Shown here: positions 1 to 12,439 of the stretch, piece after piece | Numbering within the stretch: position 1 is the first letter of the stretch | How the letters are laid out: every line of letters starts with the position of its first letter | Origin: Nemertoderma westbladi | Taxonomy: Eukaryota; Animalia; Xenacoelomorpha | Assembly (NCBI GenBank): GCA_032718475.1 | Contig: JAUCBJ010001793.1 | Coordinates: 20,227-84,226, forward strand | Direction: 5' to 3' | Length of the DNA stretch: 64,000 nt | Position numbers and translations under genes: made by a program | The notes under the pieces: generated by a model | The model's database searches: none | What the model saw: only the letters and a program-made list of their open reading frames with translations | Told to the model about the DNA's origin: nothing

Positions 1-1320
1 TCCAAAGGGTATAAATGATTCAACTGAAATTGATTTTCCTTCTTCATCAATAAATCTATTTGGATCAAATTTCATTGGGTCTTTCCATTCATCGTTGAAA
101 CACAAGTTGTAAATGCTGTAAGAAAGAAGTGCGTCTTTCGGTATATCAAAATCACCAACACTAAATGTTGAGCTCACTTCATGGATTAAAGCTACTGGTA
201 TAATGCACCCTCTTCTAAGTGTTTCTTGAAGAACAGCATTAACGTATACCAATTGATCTTTATCAGAAGGAAGTGGCAAGCGGTTTCTACCAACTACTCT
301 ATCAATCTCTTCATGCACCTTAACTTGAACTTCGGGATTCAAAATCATAAACAAAAGAGCCCAGTACAAGGCACTGCTTGTCGTTTCACTTCCTGCCAAG
401 AACAAATCGCGAACTGTCGATATGAGACTAAACTCATTGAAAACATCGTCAGCAAATCCACGTATACTTTCTTCTACAAGATACGCATCTATTAAGTCGC
501 TGATACAATTTTCATCAAATACATTCCTATGACGATCAATCTCTTCTTTAGCGAATCGATCAATCTCTTTAGAGAGAAGATATACCTTATTTGCCGCAGT
601 TCCGGGAATATTGATAAACCAAGTTGTTAATAATGTTGGCCAATGCTGTGTTGCAGATTGGGCAAGCTCGTCTAGGATGTGCAATTGATTTATAAATTTA
701 TCATCATCGTATTCAAATCTGTGACCAAAGATAAACCCACAAATGATATTGGAAACCGCTGATACAAGAAGTAACCTTGGATTAAACGGCTGCTTTTCTT
801 TCGGAATAAATTCCGTAAGTATTCGAGCCTCGTCTATTATTCTTTCTTCCATGGGATTTTTTCCTAATCCCAAATCACGCATCACAGATAAGGTAAACCG
901 CCTTGTCTCCCTCCAGACGCGTCCACTGGAATTACCCAATCCAACAGTATTACCCCTCTTTTTATCATAATAAATATAATTCAAAACCACAAGTTTCGAC
1001 ATTCTATCACTTGTTTTAGACCCTTGAGTCACAAAAGCATTCTTTATATCTTTATATTCAAGCAAATTCATGAACTCTAGATTAAGGAAACGAAGTCGAA
1101 ACATGCTTCCATATGTTTTCCCCATGTTTACCATTGCTTGATGAATGTTATTTCTCTCTTTCCTTATCTCCTTCATTAGCCGTGGGTCAAACAAAGGTAA
1201 CATGAATCGGGGCATGGGTGGCAACCTCAGTCCACGGTGTTTGTCAGTTAATCGCAGATATGTAAAAATGAAAATGAAGGTAAAAATAGCTAAATATATG
1301 AATATATCAGCTGTCATCAT
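1..1320 (-). CDS. Cytochrome P450, CYP2-clan-like; intronless over 440 codons, 3' end runs off the window
   Basis: Manual minus-strand translation from ATG at 1320: hydrophobic anchor MMTADIFIYLAIFTFIFIF, then LPPMP, I-helix DLFLAGSETTS, K-helix LQETLR, meander FDPNRF and FIPFG at the window edge (start of the heme-binding motif). Absent from the ORF track because there is no stop codon in the window. Confidence 0.93.
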   Translation of the reverse strand, partial: MMTADIFIYLAIFTFIFIFTYLRLTDKHRGLRLPPMPRFMLPLFDPRLMKEIRKERNNIHQAMVNMGKTYGSMFRLRFLNLEFMNLLEYKDIKNAFVTQGSKTSDRMSKLVVLNYIYYDKKRGNTVGLGNSSGRVWRETRRFTLSVMRDLGLGKNPMEERIIDEARILTEFIPKEKQPFNPRLLLVSAVSNIICGFIFGHRFEYDDDKFINQLHILDELAQSATQHWPTLLTTWFINIPGTAANKVYLLSKEIDRFAKEEIDRHRNVFDENCISDLIDAYLVEESIRGFADDVFNEFSLISTVRDLFLAGSETTSSALYWALLFMILNPEVQVKVHEEIDRVVGRNRLPLPSDKDQLVYVNAVLQETLRRGCIIPVALIHEVSSTFSVGDFDIPKDALLSYSIYNLCFNDEWKDPMKFDPNRFIDEEGKSISVESFIPFG

Positions 1321-2652
1321 TGCAGTTCAAATGTAAAGTAGTAAACAGGAAATAAATTAGACAAATAATATTTAACTCTATATGTAATATATATGTAGGG
1401 AGTAAATACTTCTGCTTGGCAGTCATTTATCGACCTACTCAAATTGGTAATTTCTTCAATCAATTTTGATGGGGAAAATCACTAAATAAATTAATTATCT
1501 CTAAAATATATTTATCATGACTAAATATGGGAAAGAAGCAGGTTTACAGTGGCACGTTGTTTTACCCAAAACAAAACAAAACAGGTAACAGTTTTATTTT
1601 TTATGATAAAAAAAATTATATCCATTTTAGTGATATTTAAGATATTTTAAAGAATAAATATATATAATTTAGTGAGAAAAATTTAGCCAAAAAACATTTA
1701 ATTTAGTAAAAATCATTTGATTTAGTGACCAATTAAGCGCCTTTGCTTTATTATCTACAAGAAATCCGCACATTCAGCTAGTTGTTGTGTGTATTGAGGA
1801 CAGTGTTTATGGAGGATCTGTGAGCGTCACACTCACCACACACACAAACTCTAGTGATCTAATATTGTATAATCTTCCTGGTCATATAGCTATTGACTGA
1901 CTCGACTGGCTAACTTTAAGCGGTGAAATTGCAAGGCTGGGATTTTTTGGCAATGATATGTTCACTTATTTTTCCTTTTATATTAAGAAAAACATTGGAG
2001 GCAACGTGGTGTAACTCCCTCTACGTCCCCGACGGAACACAAATGTCATGGATCCGGATGAATTCAACACGCTGTTAATTTACAGCGGGAGCGGCGTTAG
2101 TTAAGCAATTTTAATAAACTGTAAGGAATGTGTTCAGATGGGAATGAGGTCATATTAGTGACAGGTGGTGGTTGGTTCATCGCGTGATGTGCAATACAAA
2201 GTCCACTCTATAACTAATTATTGATAGATTAAGTAAAAATTAAATAAAGGGATTGCAGTATTTGTTGATAGTTATGACGACATAATAACATCATCATAGT
2301 GATAAATTTGAGCCAATGAGAAGGTAGAAATGATAATTCCATTACAAATTCTCAACTTACAGTAATGCCAGCACGAGCCCCGCCAATATCCCCCCCCCCC
2401 CCCCCCCCAAGGGACTATGTAATAAATCCCTGGTCATGGTCAATATCACTAAATGTCCCCAAACCGAGTTTGCTTTACTTGCAATACCAGACAGGAATTG
2501 GACCACTCTACCACCATGATCAGTGTGTCAGGAGCGTTACAAGAAGGACGGTCCTTTCATGTAACGATTGTTTATGTAATGCGGACGCCTTACATGATTG
2601 GACGCATGATCATGTCCAAAGATTGTGGGGCGAGCGACGAAAGTACGTGAGC

Positions 2653-2815
2653 TTAGCATACAGGTACCACTAACTCAATCGGTGTGTCTGTTGCTCTGTT
2701 GTGTCCAATTTTAAACGTTAAATAACTCAGCCAAATCTCGATAAAATATATCCAAACTTGGTACATCCTGAAGTCTGGCAAAAGTTTAGAAATTTTCCAA
2801 GTTGAATTTGCGTGT
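2653..2815. mobile_element. Fragment of a non-autonomous interspersed repeat (DINE/Helentron- or Crypton-like)
   Basis: Similar in inverted orientation to 19540-19760 (ccaaacttggtaca...aaagtttagaaattttc versus gaaaactttctaaactttt...tgtaccacgtttgg). Confidence 0.35.
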
Positions 2816-2898
2816 GGTCTTCGTGCAGCATCTGTGTAACTGTCTTGCAGTTATAATAAATTTATCTATCCAAAAATTATTAGGCTTGGCATCAGCTG

Positions 2899-2911
2899 GT
2901 TGCTAGGAGAC
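2899..2911. promoter_or_regulatory. RFX X-box motif with no assigned gene
   Basis: GTTGCTAGGAGAC (reverse complement GTCTCCTAGCAAC) fits the X-box consensus; it abuts ATCAGCTG, the word also found beside the IRAK1BP1 X-box. Confidence 0.4.
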
Positions 2912-3863
2912 TGCAGGATATATCTGGTGGGTTTGAAATTCAGCAATACCCGGTACAATGCAGCAATAATGTGGCCTTGGGAAGTGTGGTAGGCCTATTT
3001 CACTTTCAGCCATTCCAGCATTTCCAGAATGCAGAGTATGACACCGGTACCATGCATGAGATCCTGTACTCAGTACCGGTACTGCTCACTGCTGTTGAGG
3101 AATGTGGTAGGCCTTGCTCTCTAGGCCGGTTGTCAGTCTGTCAGTGTGGTACTGCTACTGCATTATCTGAGTCCTGCAATTGCCTGAGTGATGTCTGAAT
3201 TGCGATATCAGCCATATCATGTACCGGTACGGTACCTTAATATTATTAAACATATGTTTGACAGTACGGTACCGGTACTGTTACAGTGGTACAGAGTTAC
3301 CGGTACCGTTTTCAGGTTGTTGGCGCCACCCAACCCACCAATCGGCTCGGCAACCATGCAAGTTTTGAAATTATGCGGACTTAAGACAGACTGCCATATT
3401 GTCAGGTTGTATCAGGATCAGCTGACCTTTATTCCTTGATACGGTATCCAATACTGCACTAGGTACCCCAACAGCCCATACTGCAATACCCAGCAACGTT
3501 TTGGAATTGTGCCGGTACTCAAACAACTCGCCATCAATGCCACCGCCTCTGTCTGTCGCAGTGTCGTGGGCGACCTCGACTTTTGGTATCGCTACTGCGC
3601 TAGCGCTACGGGCAAACTGAACTAACCGATGAGCTAGACCCGAGGACTGAAGAATGCATATAATTTTTTGAGTAGTTTGACTGTGGACTTCTATGACATC
3701 GATTCCAAGCTGACAATGCGAAAGTTTTGTTTTAAGTAAAAGTTTGGTTAAATTTTCTTAATTATTTATTTAAATTTCTTAAGTACCGATTTTGGGATAG
3801 AATTGCTCAATTTTAATCTGTATCTAATAACTGACCCTCGTCCTGCGCGATGGCCCCACGAAC

Positions 3864-4537
3864 GTGTTTGCTGATGACACAAGTCTCCTCCACGTAGGTA
3901 ATGAACCTTTAGCTGTAATCAATAGTGTAAACATCGAGTTCGATAAAATTGTAGATTGGCTCCATAATAATAAATTATCCCCAAATGTAAAAAAAACTGA
4001 ATATTCTATATTTACTAATAATGTTGACCTTAATTCCCTCCCTAAAGTGAAGCTAAAATTTGCGAGTTTGCAGAGATCTAATATTTCAAAATACTTAGGA
4101 ATAAAAATAGATAGCAAATTATCTTGGAAATCACACGTAACCTTTATACTAAAAAAAATTATTAAACATGTGGCATTTTTATAAATTACGCCACATATTC
4201 CCCCTCCATATTCTTAGAACTTTATACTTCTCTTTAATTCACCCCCATATATCCAATACGGAATTACAGTTTGGGGGAAGTACATATGAATCCGTAATAA
4301 AACCGCTCCGTACTAAAATTAATAAAGTATTACGCACTATCACTTTTAGCGCACCAGATCCAACATCGTTTCGTCAAGCATCCTCACTCCCCATTTACCA
4401 GTCACTTGATATTTTACCTGTTGACCAATTATATAAACATGAAGTAATCAAATTTATGTACGATATACATCATAAAGTGTTTCAATTCTCCGGAAATATA
4501 TAATTTATTTACTAAAACATCTAAAGTCCACCATTAC
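3864..4537 (+). mobile_element. CR1/L2-group LINE reverse transcriptase C-terminal fragment (left part, interrupted)
   Basis: ORFs 3864-4184 (FADDTSL...KYLGIKIDSKLSWKSH) and 4168-4503 (LYFSLIHPHI) with frameshifts; the sequence resumes at 6397 (..VH-HY-GTR motif). Confidence 0.85.
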
Positions 4538-6396
4538 CGTTTCTAAATAATACCTTTACCTCCTGGGATGGGTCCGATAGGCCGCATATAAGTGCGGCGA
4601 ATGTGGCCGATGCAATTAAGGACCTTGAGCCTGGAAAGGCGGCTGGCCCCGATGGTATATGTCCCGAATCTCTGAAATTTGCAGGAAATCGCCTCCCTGT
4701 TATATTATGCCTCTTGTTTAATAGCTTCCTCACCGATGGCTTCCTGCCGCAGTCATTAATATCCTGTAACCTGATCCCAGTTGTGAAAAAAAAGAACTGC
4801 TCGTTGTCCGATGATAACAACTACAGGCCTATTGCAACCGCTTCATCACTGTCTAAAGTTCTAGAACACTGTTTACTCCCCCACATTAAATCACACGTTA
4901 ACCTAACTAGCAATCAATTTGGTTTTTCAAACCAACCTATCACTGAAACTTGTGTCTTCGCCCTTAAGGAATCAGTTCATCTGTACGTATCACGTGACTC
5001 GCCGGTGTATGCTGCCTTCCTTGATGCGTCTAAGGCGTTTGATAACGTTAACTACTATAAGTTGTTCAAAAAGATGTTCGATCTTAGGATTTCCGTCTGT
5101 GTGATTAGAATATTATTTTTCTGGTATACCAACCAGCTTATTTCAGTATCTTAGGGCTCGTCTCAAAGTAAATGGTTCACAGTCTGCAATGGCGTTCGTC
5201 AGGGAAGTTTGATTTCCCCGATTTTGTTCAACATCTACCTCGATGAACTGAGTCAGCGTCTTAACAGTTCTATAGTGGGCTGTATAGTATCAAAATTACT
5301 GATTAATCACCTTTTATACGCTGATGACGTTTGTCTCATTTCTCCTAGTATCTACGGTCTCCGTGGCCTCCTCCGCATCTGCGAGAATTATGGACTGCAG
5401 TTCGACATCTCCTTTAATCCGTCGAAGTCGAAGTGTATGTATTTCTCCGCAACTAAATTCGGCCGCATGGGTGACGTATATTTGAACGGAAAGATTCTAG
5501 AATGTGTTAAAGAATATACTTATTTGGGACACAACACATAATATCCTGTGACTTATCCGACGAACCGGATATGACGCGCACCAAGCGATCTCTTTATTGT
5601 AGAGGAAACCAGCTCTCCCGTATGTTTTCGAAGTGCAGTTTACCTATAAAGACTCTTCTCTTTAAGGCTTATTGCTATTCGCTATATTGTGCATCCGTAT
5701 GGTCGACTTTCCGTGTAGAGTGTTTGCGGACCGTTAAGGTGGCGTAAAACTCTGCATTCAGACATCTATTTGGGTATACACGTTGCGACGACGCTGACAC
5801 AATACATGTCTGCCACCGTGTTAACAACTTCAAAGCTGTCAGCCGGGTACTGGCATTCTCGTTGCGTAATCGCGTCGCAATTTCCTGCAATCCAATCCTT
5901 GTAGCTTGTGCAAACTTAGGTTACTCATCTCTCACTGATCGATGGGATGTGCTGCTTCTGTAATGCTCACCCCCCACTTCATGGCTTGCCCCCACATTAT
6001 CGCGGCCTTCTCATATTTCAAATCCTTGCAAATATTATATAATATGAATTAATTCAATGTATATCTTAATATTTTTTTTTTGAATACATCACACTTGAGC
6101 TACCGGTACTCAATTTTAATATTTAATATTTTGAATTCAGTAATGGGAATTGCTATTCTTTCGGTATTGGTTGGGCAGTGCCTGAGTGTATCTTTTTTTT
6201 GTTTTTTTTTGTATAATATTGTGCTTCAAATTGGAAATGCGGTACCTTGGATATCGATTTAATTTAGTATTCTATATAGTGTTCAATGTATCCTTGTGCA
6301 TATAGGTATTAATTGTGCTATGCTGTTAAATTTGGTAGTAATAATCTGTACTGTATGTTTTATGGGCTCTGCCCGATGAATAAACTTGAAATTGAA
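4538..6396 (+). mobile_element. 5'-truncated non-LTR retrotransposon (RTEX/L2-like RT) inserted into the CR1-like copy
   Basis: KAAGPDGI, NYRPIA, QFGF, FLDASKAFD, GVRQG, HLLYADD and YLG in one frame with in-frame stops; 3' UTR ends aataaacttgaaattga; ATTAC on both sides (4533-4537, 6397-6401). Confidence 0.88.
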
Positions 6397-6700
6397 ATTA
6401 CGGCACACGTTCAGTTACCAGTGATTCATTTTATGTACCTCCAATCAAACTAGTAGTAGCCATGCCCATGCAATCAATACGTTACCAGGGACCTATACTC
6501 TGGAACTCAATAGGAACCGATTATCGAAATTCTAAAACAAAAAGGTCTTTTTCGGTTAAAGTAAAACGTAAATTACTTAATAATAATACTTAAATGATAT
6601 ATTTATTAGTAATTATTAACCCAATGGTCTGTCTGGTGCTTTCTACTAAATTTAATTTGTCTAATTTATTGCATTATTGTTTTAGATTCATTGGTATCAA
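6397..6700 (+). mobile_element. CR1/L2-group LINE 3' end (continuation of 3864-4537)
   Basis: Reads YGTRSVTSDSFYVPPIK, completing the H-x-Y-x-T-R motif broken at 4537; degenerate further on. Confidence 0.65.
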
Positions 6701-6981
6701 TTAGATATGTGTTGTGTTGATATGTTGCAGCTACGACTGAGTATAATAACAATTAATACCATTGTATAATAATGAAGTAATGACATGTAAATGACAAGAC
6801 TAATCAGCCCCCCCCCCCCCCCTCCCCACCCCACCAAACCCCCTCCCTAGTTTCCAACATTTACTAGCGTTGCTACTCGTTGGTGCCTCCCAGTTATATA
6901 TTTATTGTGATTAGTGCAATTTAAATATTTTTTATTACTGGGAAATATATATATTTGATTTGGAATAATGTGCTGATATCG

Positions 6982-9735
6982 TAAATAGATCGTGCACTAG
7001 TTAGTCATGGTGCTATTGATAGTGACTTGGAGTTTGGCCAAATTTCCACCCCTCTCCCTTCTGAGCACCGCGCAATTTTTATCAAACTAGCTGCCAGTGC
7101 AGTGCCAACACCACTGTCTTTACACAAGCGCTCAGTGGATTTGGGTAGCTATGTTCATCTAACACAACGTGACGTAGCGACTTTGTGTGCTAAGCCTATT
7201 AAATTATCCCGTATTAAAGCTGCGTTATTTGTAAGTAGTCTTCGTCAAAGTACTTTCAGTTCTGCCGGTATGTACCCAGTAAACTTAGATATAGTGCATC
7301 GTTTTACCGATATCCTATACTCAGTTGCTTCGTCATCACACCATAAAAGGAACTTTGACCCTAACCCTAATATTTGCCCCGCAAATGTACCTGACCATCA
7401 TCAGTTGTGGAATGACCTAATCAGTACTAACGATACCAGTCTCTTATGACGGCGGATAAACTGGAAGGGTGGTTTTGATAATAATTCTCCATCCAGTAAT
7501 ATTGCTTCTCCTAGCGAGTCCCAGTTCGCCCACCATTTTCAATCTTCCTCAGTGACCCTTTAGATGCCGATGTGTACGTTGGTCCACGTCCTGGTCCCAA
7601 CCTCAGACTCCCCGTATATTCCATTACTTGACTCCCCGATAACGATTGAGGAGGTTCACAAGGGTGAAGGGTATCAGTAATTTGAAAGGAAACAAAGCTC
7701 CTGGCCCAGACGGTATCTCTCCAGGTATTCTAAAATTGCTTCCTATTGAGTGGTTGGTTTATCTAGTTTCGTTATTTAATTTTTTTCGGGAGTATTCTTT
7801 CCACCAGCATGGGGCTGCAGCAAACTTGTGTCTGTTTTTAAGGGTGGTTCTCGTACTTTGTGTTCTCACTACCGCGGCATTTCTATTATCAACGCCCTTG
7901 CCAAACTCTATGATTCCAACGTTTGTCAAGGTGGATATCCCCCGACATTGAACAGGCGGGGGCCCAACCCGGTAGAAACTGCGAGGAACACATCCTCACC
8001 TTGAGATTATTAATAGATTATGCCCTTAGTAATAAACGCAAACTGTGCATTATTTTCATTGATTTCGCTACTGCCTACGATTCTGTATCTAGGTATTAAG
8101 TTATTTGCTCTACTTTGGGTTGTGGAGGTGTAGTGCTTCGCGCATTGCAATCTTTGTATAGTTGCACCAAAAGTTTCTTAGGCTCATCCATCATTACTTC
8201 TCTTAAGGGCTTCTTATGGACGACTCAGCAATCTTAGCGACATCTCGGAGCTCCGCCATCGCAAAATTTTCGATTCTTCTACAATATTGTCAAGATTTTA
8301 ACATGAAAATGTTTTCATGTCATGAAAATTTTAACATTAAGAAGACTAAGTTCCTCGTCATAAATGGCAACCCAGCGGACGCAAACCCAGCATTCTACGT
8401 TTATCTGGGGTCTCCAATCAGTCAGGTTGGCGGCTGTAACAAGGCTGTCCGTCCGCATATCCATGCCAACGACAAAATCAAACAAGTTGCAAAGTTCCAC
8501 GCATTCCTAAGTAAACATTCTGATTGCCCACTTTGGTTGAAACTAAAAGTTTTTAATGCCGGGATACTATCTTCCATTCTATTTGGTTGCGAGTCATGGC
8601 TCGGTTCCAATTTATACCCAGTCAGTAACCATTATTACTCTATGTTGAAATCCACCGTTGGCGTCCGCCAGCAGACCTGCCATGATTTAATACACCTGGA
8701 GACCGGCCTTCCATCCCCCGAGGCATTAGTTCGCTCGCGGCAACGTAAATTCATTCTATAGATTTTATCCAACCCCGAACTCCCCGCTAATTTTCGCTAT
8801 TGATTTGGTACGTCGCAGTGCCACACCAATGGGTAAGGTTATTGACAGGCTTCTAGATGGGCATGGCTGCTAGCCATGCCCAATGGAAATTTTGGAGCTG
8901 ATGAGCGATCTGGCTTGATGATATCCGTAAACCTTGACCCCAGTACACGCCGTTCATTCTATTCCTCGATTAACCCAACTTTCGCAATATCATCGGTATA
9001 CACTCAGCATACTGTTGTTCCCGAACATCACCGTCTAGCGTGGACCCAGTTTCGGCTTATGTCGACTCACCTTGCGGTTGAAACCGGCAGGTGGTCCCGT
9101 ATCCCACCTGAGCGTCGTTTCTGTACATACATGCTGTGCAGTACAAACCGAATCACATGTCCTCCTCCTCGTGCGTGATTCCAGTAAAGACTTGAATTTC
9201 ACTTCTGTTGATATTTTCTTCAATGAAACAACTTTTGCGTCAGCCGCCTCATTTATATTTTCCGATCTCAAATGCCTTGAATCAGTTTAATTTCCCCATT
9301 TCCTTTACTACAGTACGGTACGCCAAAATCTCTACTGTGCCTTTGTTTCAGTACTTGTACCATGTGTTATTTGTGTTTTTGGTGTAATAACCATATAAAT
9401 GTACTCAGCTTTTCGTATTCTTTTGTTTTCGGCCTTTTCTGTTTATGCCTAATATTTTTGTATTTCTACCTGTAAACTGCCGATTGGCAAAATATTACGT
9501 ACATTAATTTACTTTCAGTTTCCAGTTATTATTATTGTTGCTTTCAAGCTAGGGTATATTTTCCCGTATTGTATATTAGATTATGTTTATCGTCCTGATG
9601 ATGTTTGAGTTATAGATTTTTTTTGATATAGCTATTTCTTCCTGTTTTTGTATGTTTCGTGCTTTATTGGTATATTTGTGTTTGGTATTATCTTTCTTTT
9701 GGACTCCGGTCAATAAAATATCTATCTATCTATGT
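6982..9735 (+). mobile_element. Degenerate non-LTR retrotransposon (Proto2-like), end of endonuclease plus RT, internally deleted
   Basis: SEHRAI, RRINWKG, KAPGPDGI, YRGISIIN, EQAGAQPGRNCEEHILTLRLLIDY, MDDSAILATSR, FGCESW, HLAVETGRWSRIP; ends with AATAAA and a (TATC)n tail. Clade call is from recalled motifs only. Confidence 0.82.
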
Positions 9736-9799
9736 CTGTTTGTGTGCGTTTGTATTAAAATTAAGTTTAGGCAAATTTACAAACTAATCAGAAACTTAA

Positions 9800-11983
9800 A
9801 GGGGGGGGGGGGGGGGGGTAGCACCCCCAAATTGAACCTCACATCTTTGTGACTCTTGACCATAATATTGGGTGAAAATTATTTTTTGTTCTACTAAACA
9901 TCGTCTAAATTGGTGGAAATTGTTGTAAAACCTCCTAAATTGTTGTAAAAGCTCCTAAATTGTTGTAAGAGCTCCTAAATTGTTGTAAAAGCTCCTAAAT
10001 TGTTGTAAAAGCTCCTAAATTGTTGTAAAAGCTCCTAAATTGTTGTAAAAGCTCCTAAATTGTTGTAAAAGCTCCTAAATTGTTGTAAAAGCTCCTAAAT
10101 TGTTGTAAAAGCTCCTAAATTGTTGTAAAAGCTCCTAAATTGTTGTAAAAGCTCCTAAATTGTTGTAAAAGCTCCTAAATTGTTGTAAAAGCTCCTAAAT
10201 TGTTGTAAAAGCTCCTAAATTGTTGTAAAAGCTCCTAAATTGTTGTAAAAGCTCCTAAATTGTTGTAAAAGCTCCTAAATTGTTGTAAAAGCTCCTAAAT
10301 TGTTGTAAAAGCTCCTAAATTGTTGTAAAAGCTCCTAAATTGTTGTAAAAGCTCCTAAATTGTTGTAAAAGCTCCTAAATTGTTGTAAAAGCTCCTAAAT
10401 TGTTGTAAAAGCTCCTAAATTGTTGTAAAAGCTCCTAAATTGTTGTAAAAGCTCCTAAATTGTTGTAAAAGCTCCTAAATTGTTGTAAAAGCTCCTAAAT
10501 TGTTGTAAAAGCTCCTAAATTGTTGTAAAAGCTCCTAAATTGTTGTAAAAGCTCCTAAATTGTTGTAAAAGCTCCTAAATTGTTGTAAAAGCTCCTAAAT
10601 TGTTGTAAAAGCTCCTAAATTGTTGTAAAAGCTCCTAAATTGTTGTAAAAGCTCCTAAATTGTTGTAAAAGCTCCTAAATTGTTGTAAAAGCTCCTAAAT
10701 TGTTGTAAAAGCTCCTAAATTGTTGTAAAAGCTCCTAAATTGTTGTAAAAGCTCCTAAATTGTTGTAAAAGCTCCTAAATTGTTGTAAAAGCTCCTAAAT
10801 TGTTGTAAAAGCTCCTAAATTGTTGTAAAAGCTCCTAAATTGTTGTAAGAGCTCCTAAATTGTTGTAAAAGCTCCTAAATTGTTGTAAGAGCTCCTAAAT
10901 TGTTGTAAAAGCTCCTAAATTGTTGTAAAAGCTTCTAAATTGTTGTAAAAGCTACTAAATTGTTGTAGTCCTATTCTGTTGTTATTTTCTTTTTAATGAT
11001 ACAATAGTGAACATAACGTTTGTCAAAATATGTTGTTTTATCGTTATTCCAAATTTATTGTTGTTTTATCGTTGCTATAGTCTGTCCAATTTTGTTATTT
11101 TTAGGTTCAAAGTTAGTCCAAATTTGTTGTTGTTTTATTGGCTCTATAGTTTGCCCAAATTAGTTTAATTAAATATATATAAATAATACGAGAATAAATG
11201 TCACTGTATAAATAAAAAAAACATTGTCTTGACTGTGTGAGAATAACCAAACCAAATATTTTTAAAATTGGCCCAAAATGGCTCCGTAATGACCATAAGG
11301 GCCCTTTTGCGCCAAGGGCTATTTCTCCACCAATATTTGTTGAAATTTGTCGAAATTTGGAATATAGGTTCAGAAGAATCCTGCATCAAATTCTTCTGAA
11401 CAAATTTTGCCTCAAATCCTGTGGAGCCTTTTAGAACAAAAAGGACCCAAAAAAGGGCCCTTTTGGGCCTTTTTGATATCAAAAGGCTCCAGGGCATTTC
11501 CAACCAAATTTGTTCAAAAGAAGTATGAAGAAGGGTAATCTTAACAAGTGTACCAAATTTCAACTCCTTTCATTTAAAATTGGCGGAGAAATAGCCTTTT
11601 TCATGAAAAAAACGTCATTCTGAGATATGGGTGTTCAAAGTTTAAGGAACAATTCAAACCTTCCCGCTATTTTAGATAATACCATTTTTCTATGTTCAAC
11701 AATAACTTTGTCAAAAAGAAATGAAATTCAACGAAATTTTTCATGTTTGCTAAACATATAACTAATAAAACAACTTTTTAGCAATTGTATTCATATCTGT
11801 ACCGTGAGAGCCTTTTTTATGAAAATGGTCACGTACAATTGTAAAATATCGTGCTGAGTTGAGTTTGAGAAAAGATATGAGAAAACTGCTTGCAGATTTG
11901 AAATCTCCATTAAATTCGGCACATGATAGAATAAAATAAATTTTTGTCAATTTTAAAAATAGGGGGTGCTACTCCCCCCCTCC
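9800..11983. mobile_element. Non-autonomous DNA transposon (Kolobok-like, TTAA target) carrying the 20-bp satellite
   Basis: Left TTAA|AG(n)TAGCACCCCC and right GGGGGTGCTACTC(n)TCC|TTAA form terminal inverted repeats with TTAA flanks and purine-purine termini. Confidence 0.6.
9917..10967. repeat. 20-bp tandem satellite (AAATTGTTGTAAAAGCTCCT)n, about 52 near-identical copies
   Basis: Directly visible; only a few single-base variants, near the ends. Confidence 0.98.
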
Positions 11984-12439
11984 TTAATTAATAAAAAATA
12001 CACAGGCTAACTGCGGATCGTGCATTATAACCAGTTACGGCGTTTTAATTTAATTTTCATAATTTAGTAGGAAGCATGGGTAACAAAAGAGGCGACAAAA
12101 TTTGATGACGGTTGTGTTTCAAAAATGAGACTTTATATTATAATTTATAAAGGTATATAACATTGTGTATATAAACATATATACCTAGACTGGGGTAGGT
12201 TTCGGAGTCCTCTCACTGAATTAAATTTAAACAATAAATGAAATTTGCAAAAATATTTTCAAAAACATTTGCTAAAATATATGAGCGTCTCACCTATATA
12301 CAAATAATCACACACATAACTAAAAATAAATTACTCCCTATTATAGCAAACAGTTTGGTTTTCGGAAATCGAAGGATGCGATTATCATACAGAACTGAGA
12401 ATTGAGAAAAAAAATGTGAAAAAAACTGAGAAAATGAGA

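Noticed and set aside
226-1336. Three short plus-strand ORFs
   Set aside because: Antisense shadows of the P450 coding sequence.
2365-2673. 102-aa ORF with poly-Pro and Cys/His residues
   Set aside because: The poly-Pro comes from a poly-C tract; no recognisable domain or convincing splice partners.
3870-9605. Other CTGATGA words (3871, 5321, 8898, 9595; also 23231)
   Set aside because: The first two are RT (Y/F)ADD codons; none is followed by stem II, GAAA and a closing stem I, so they are not hammerheads.
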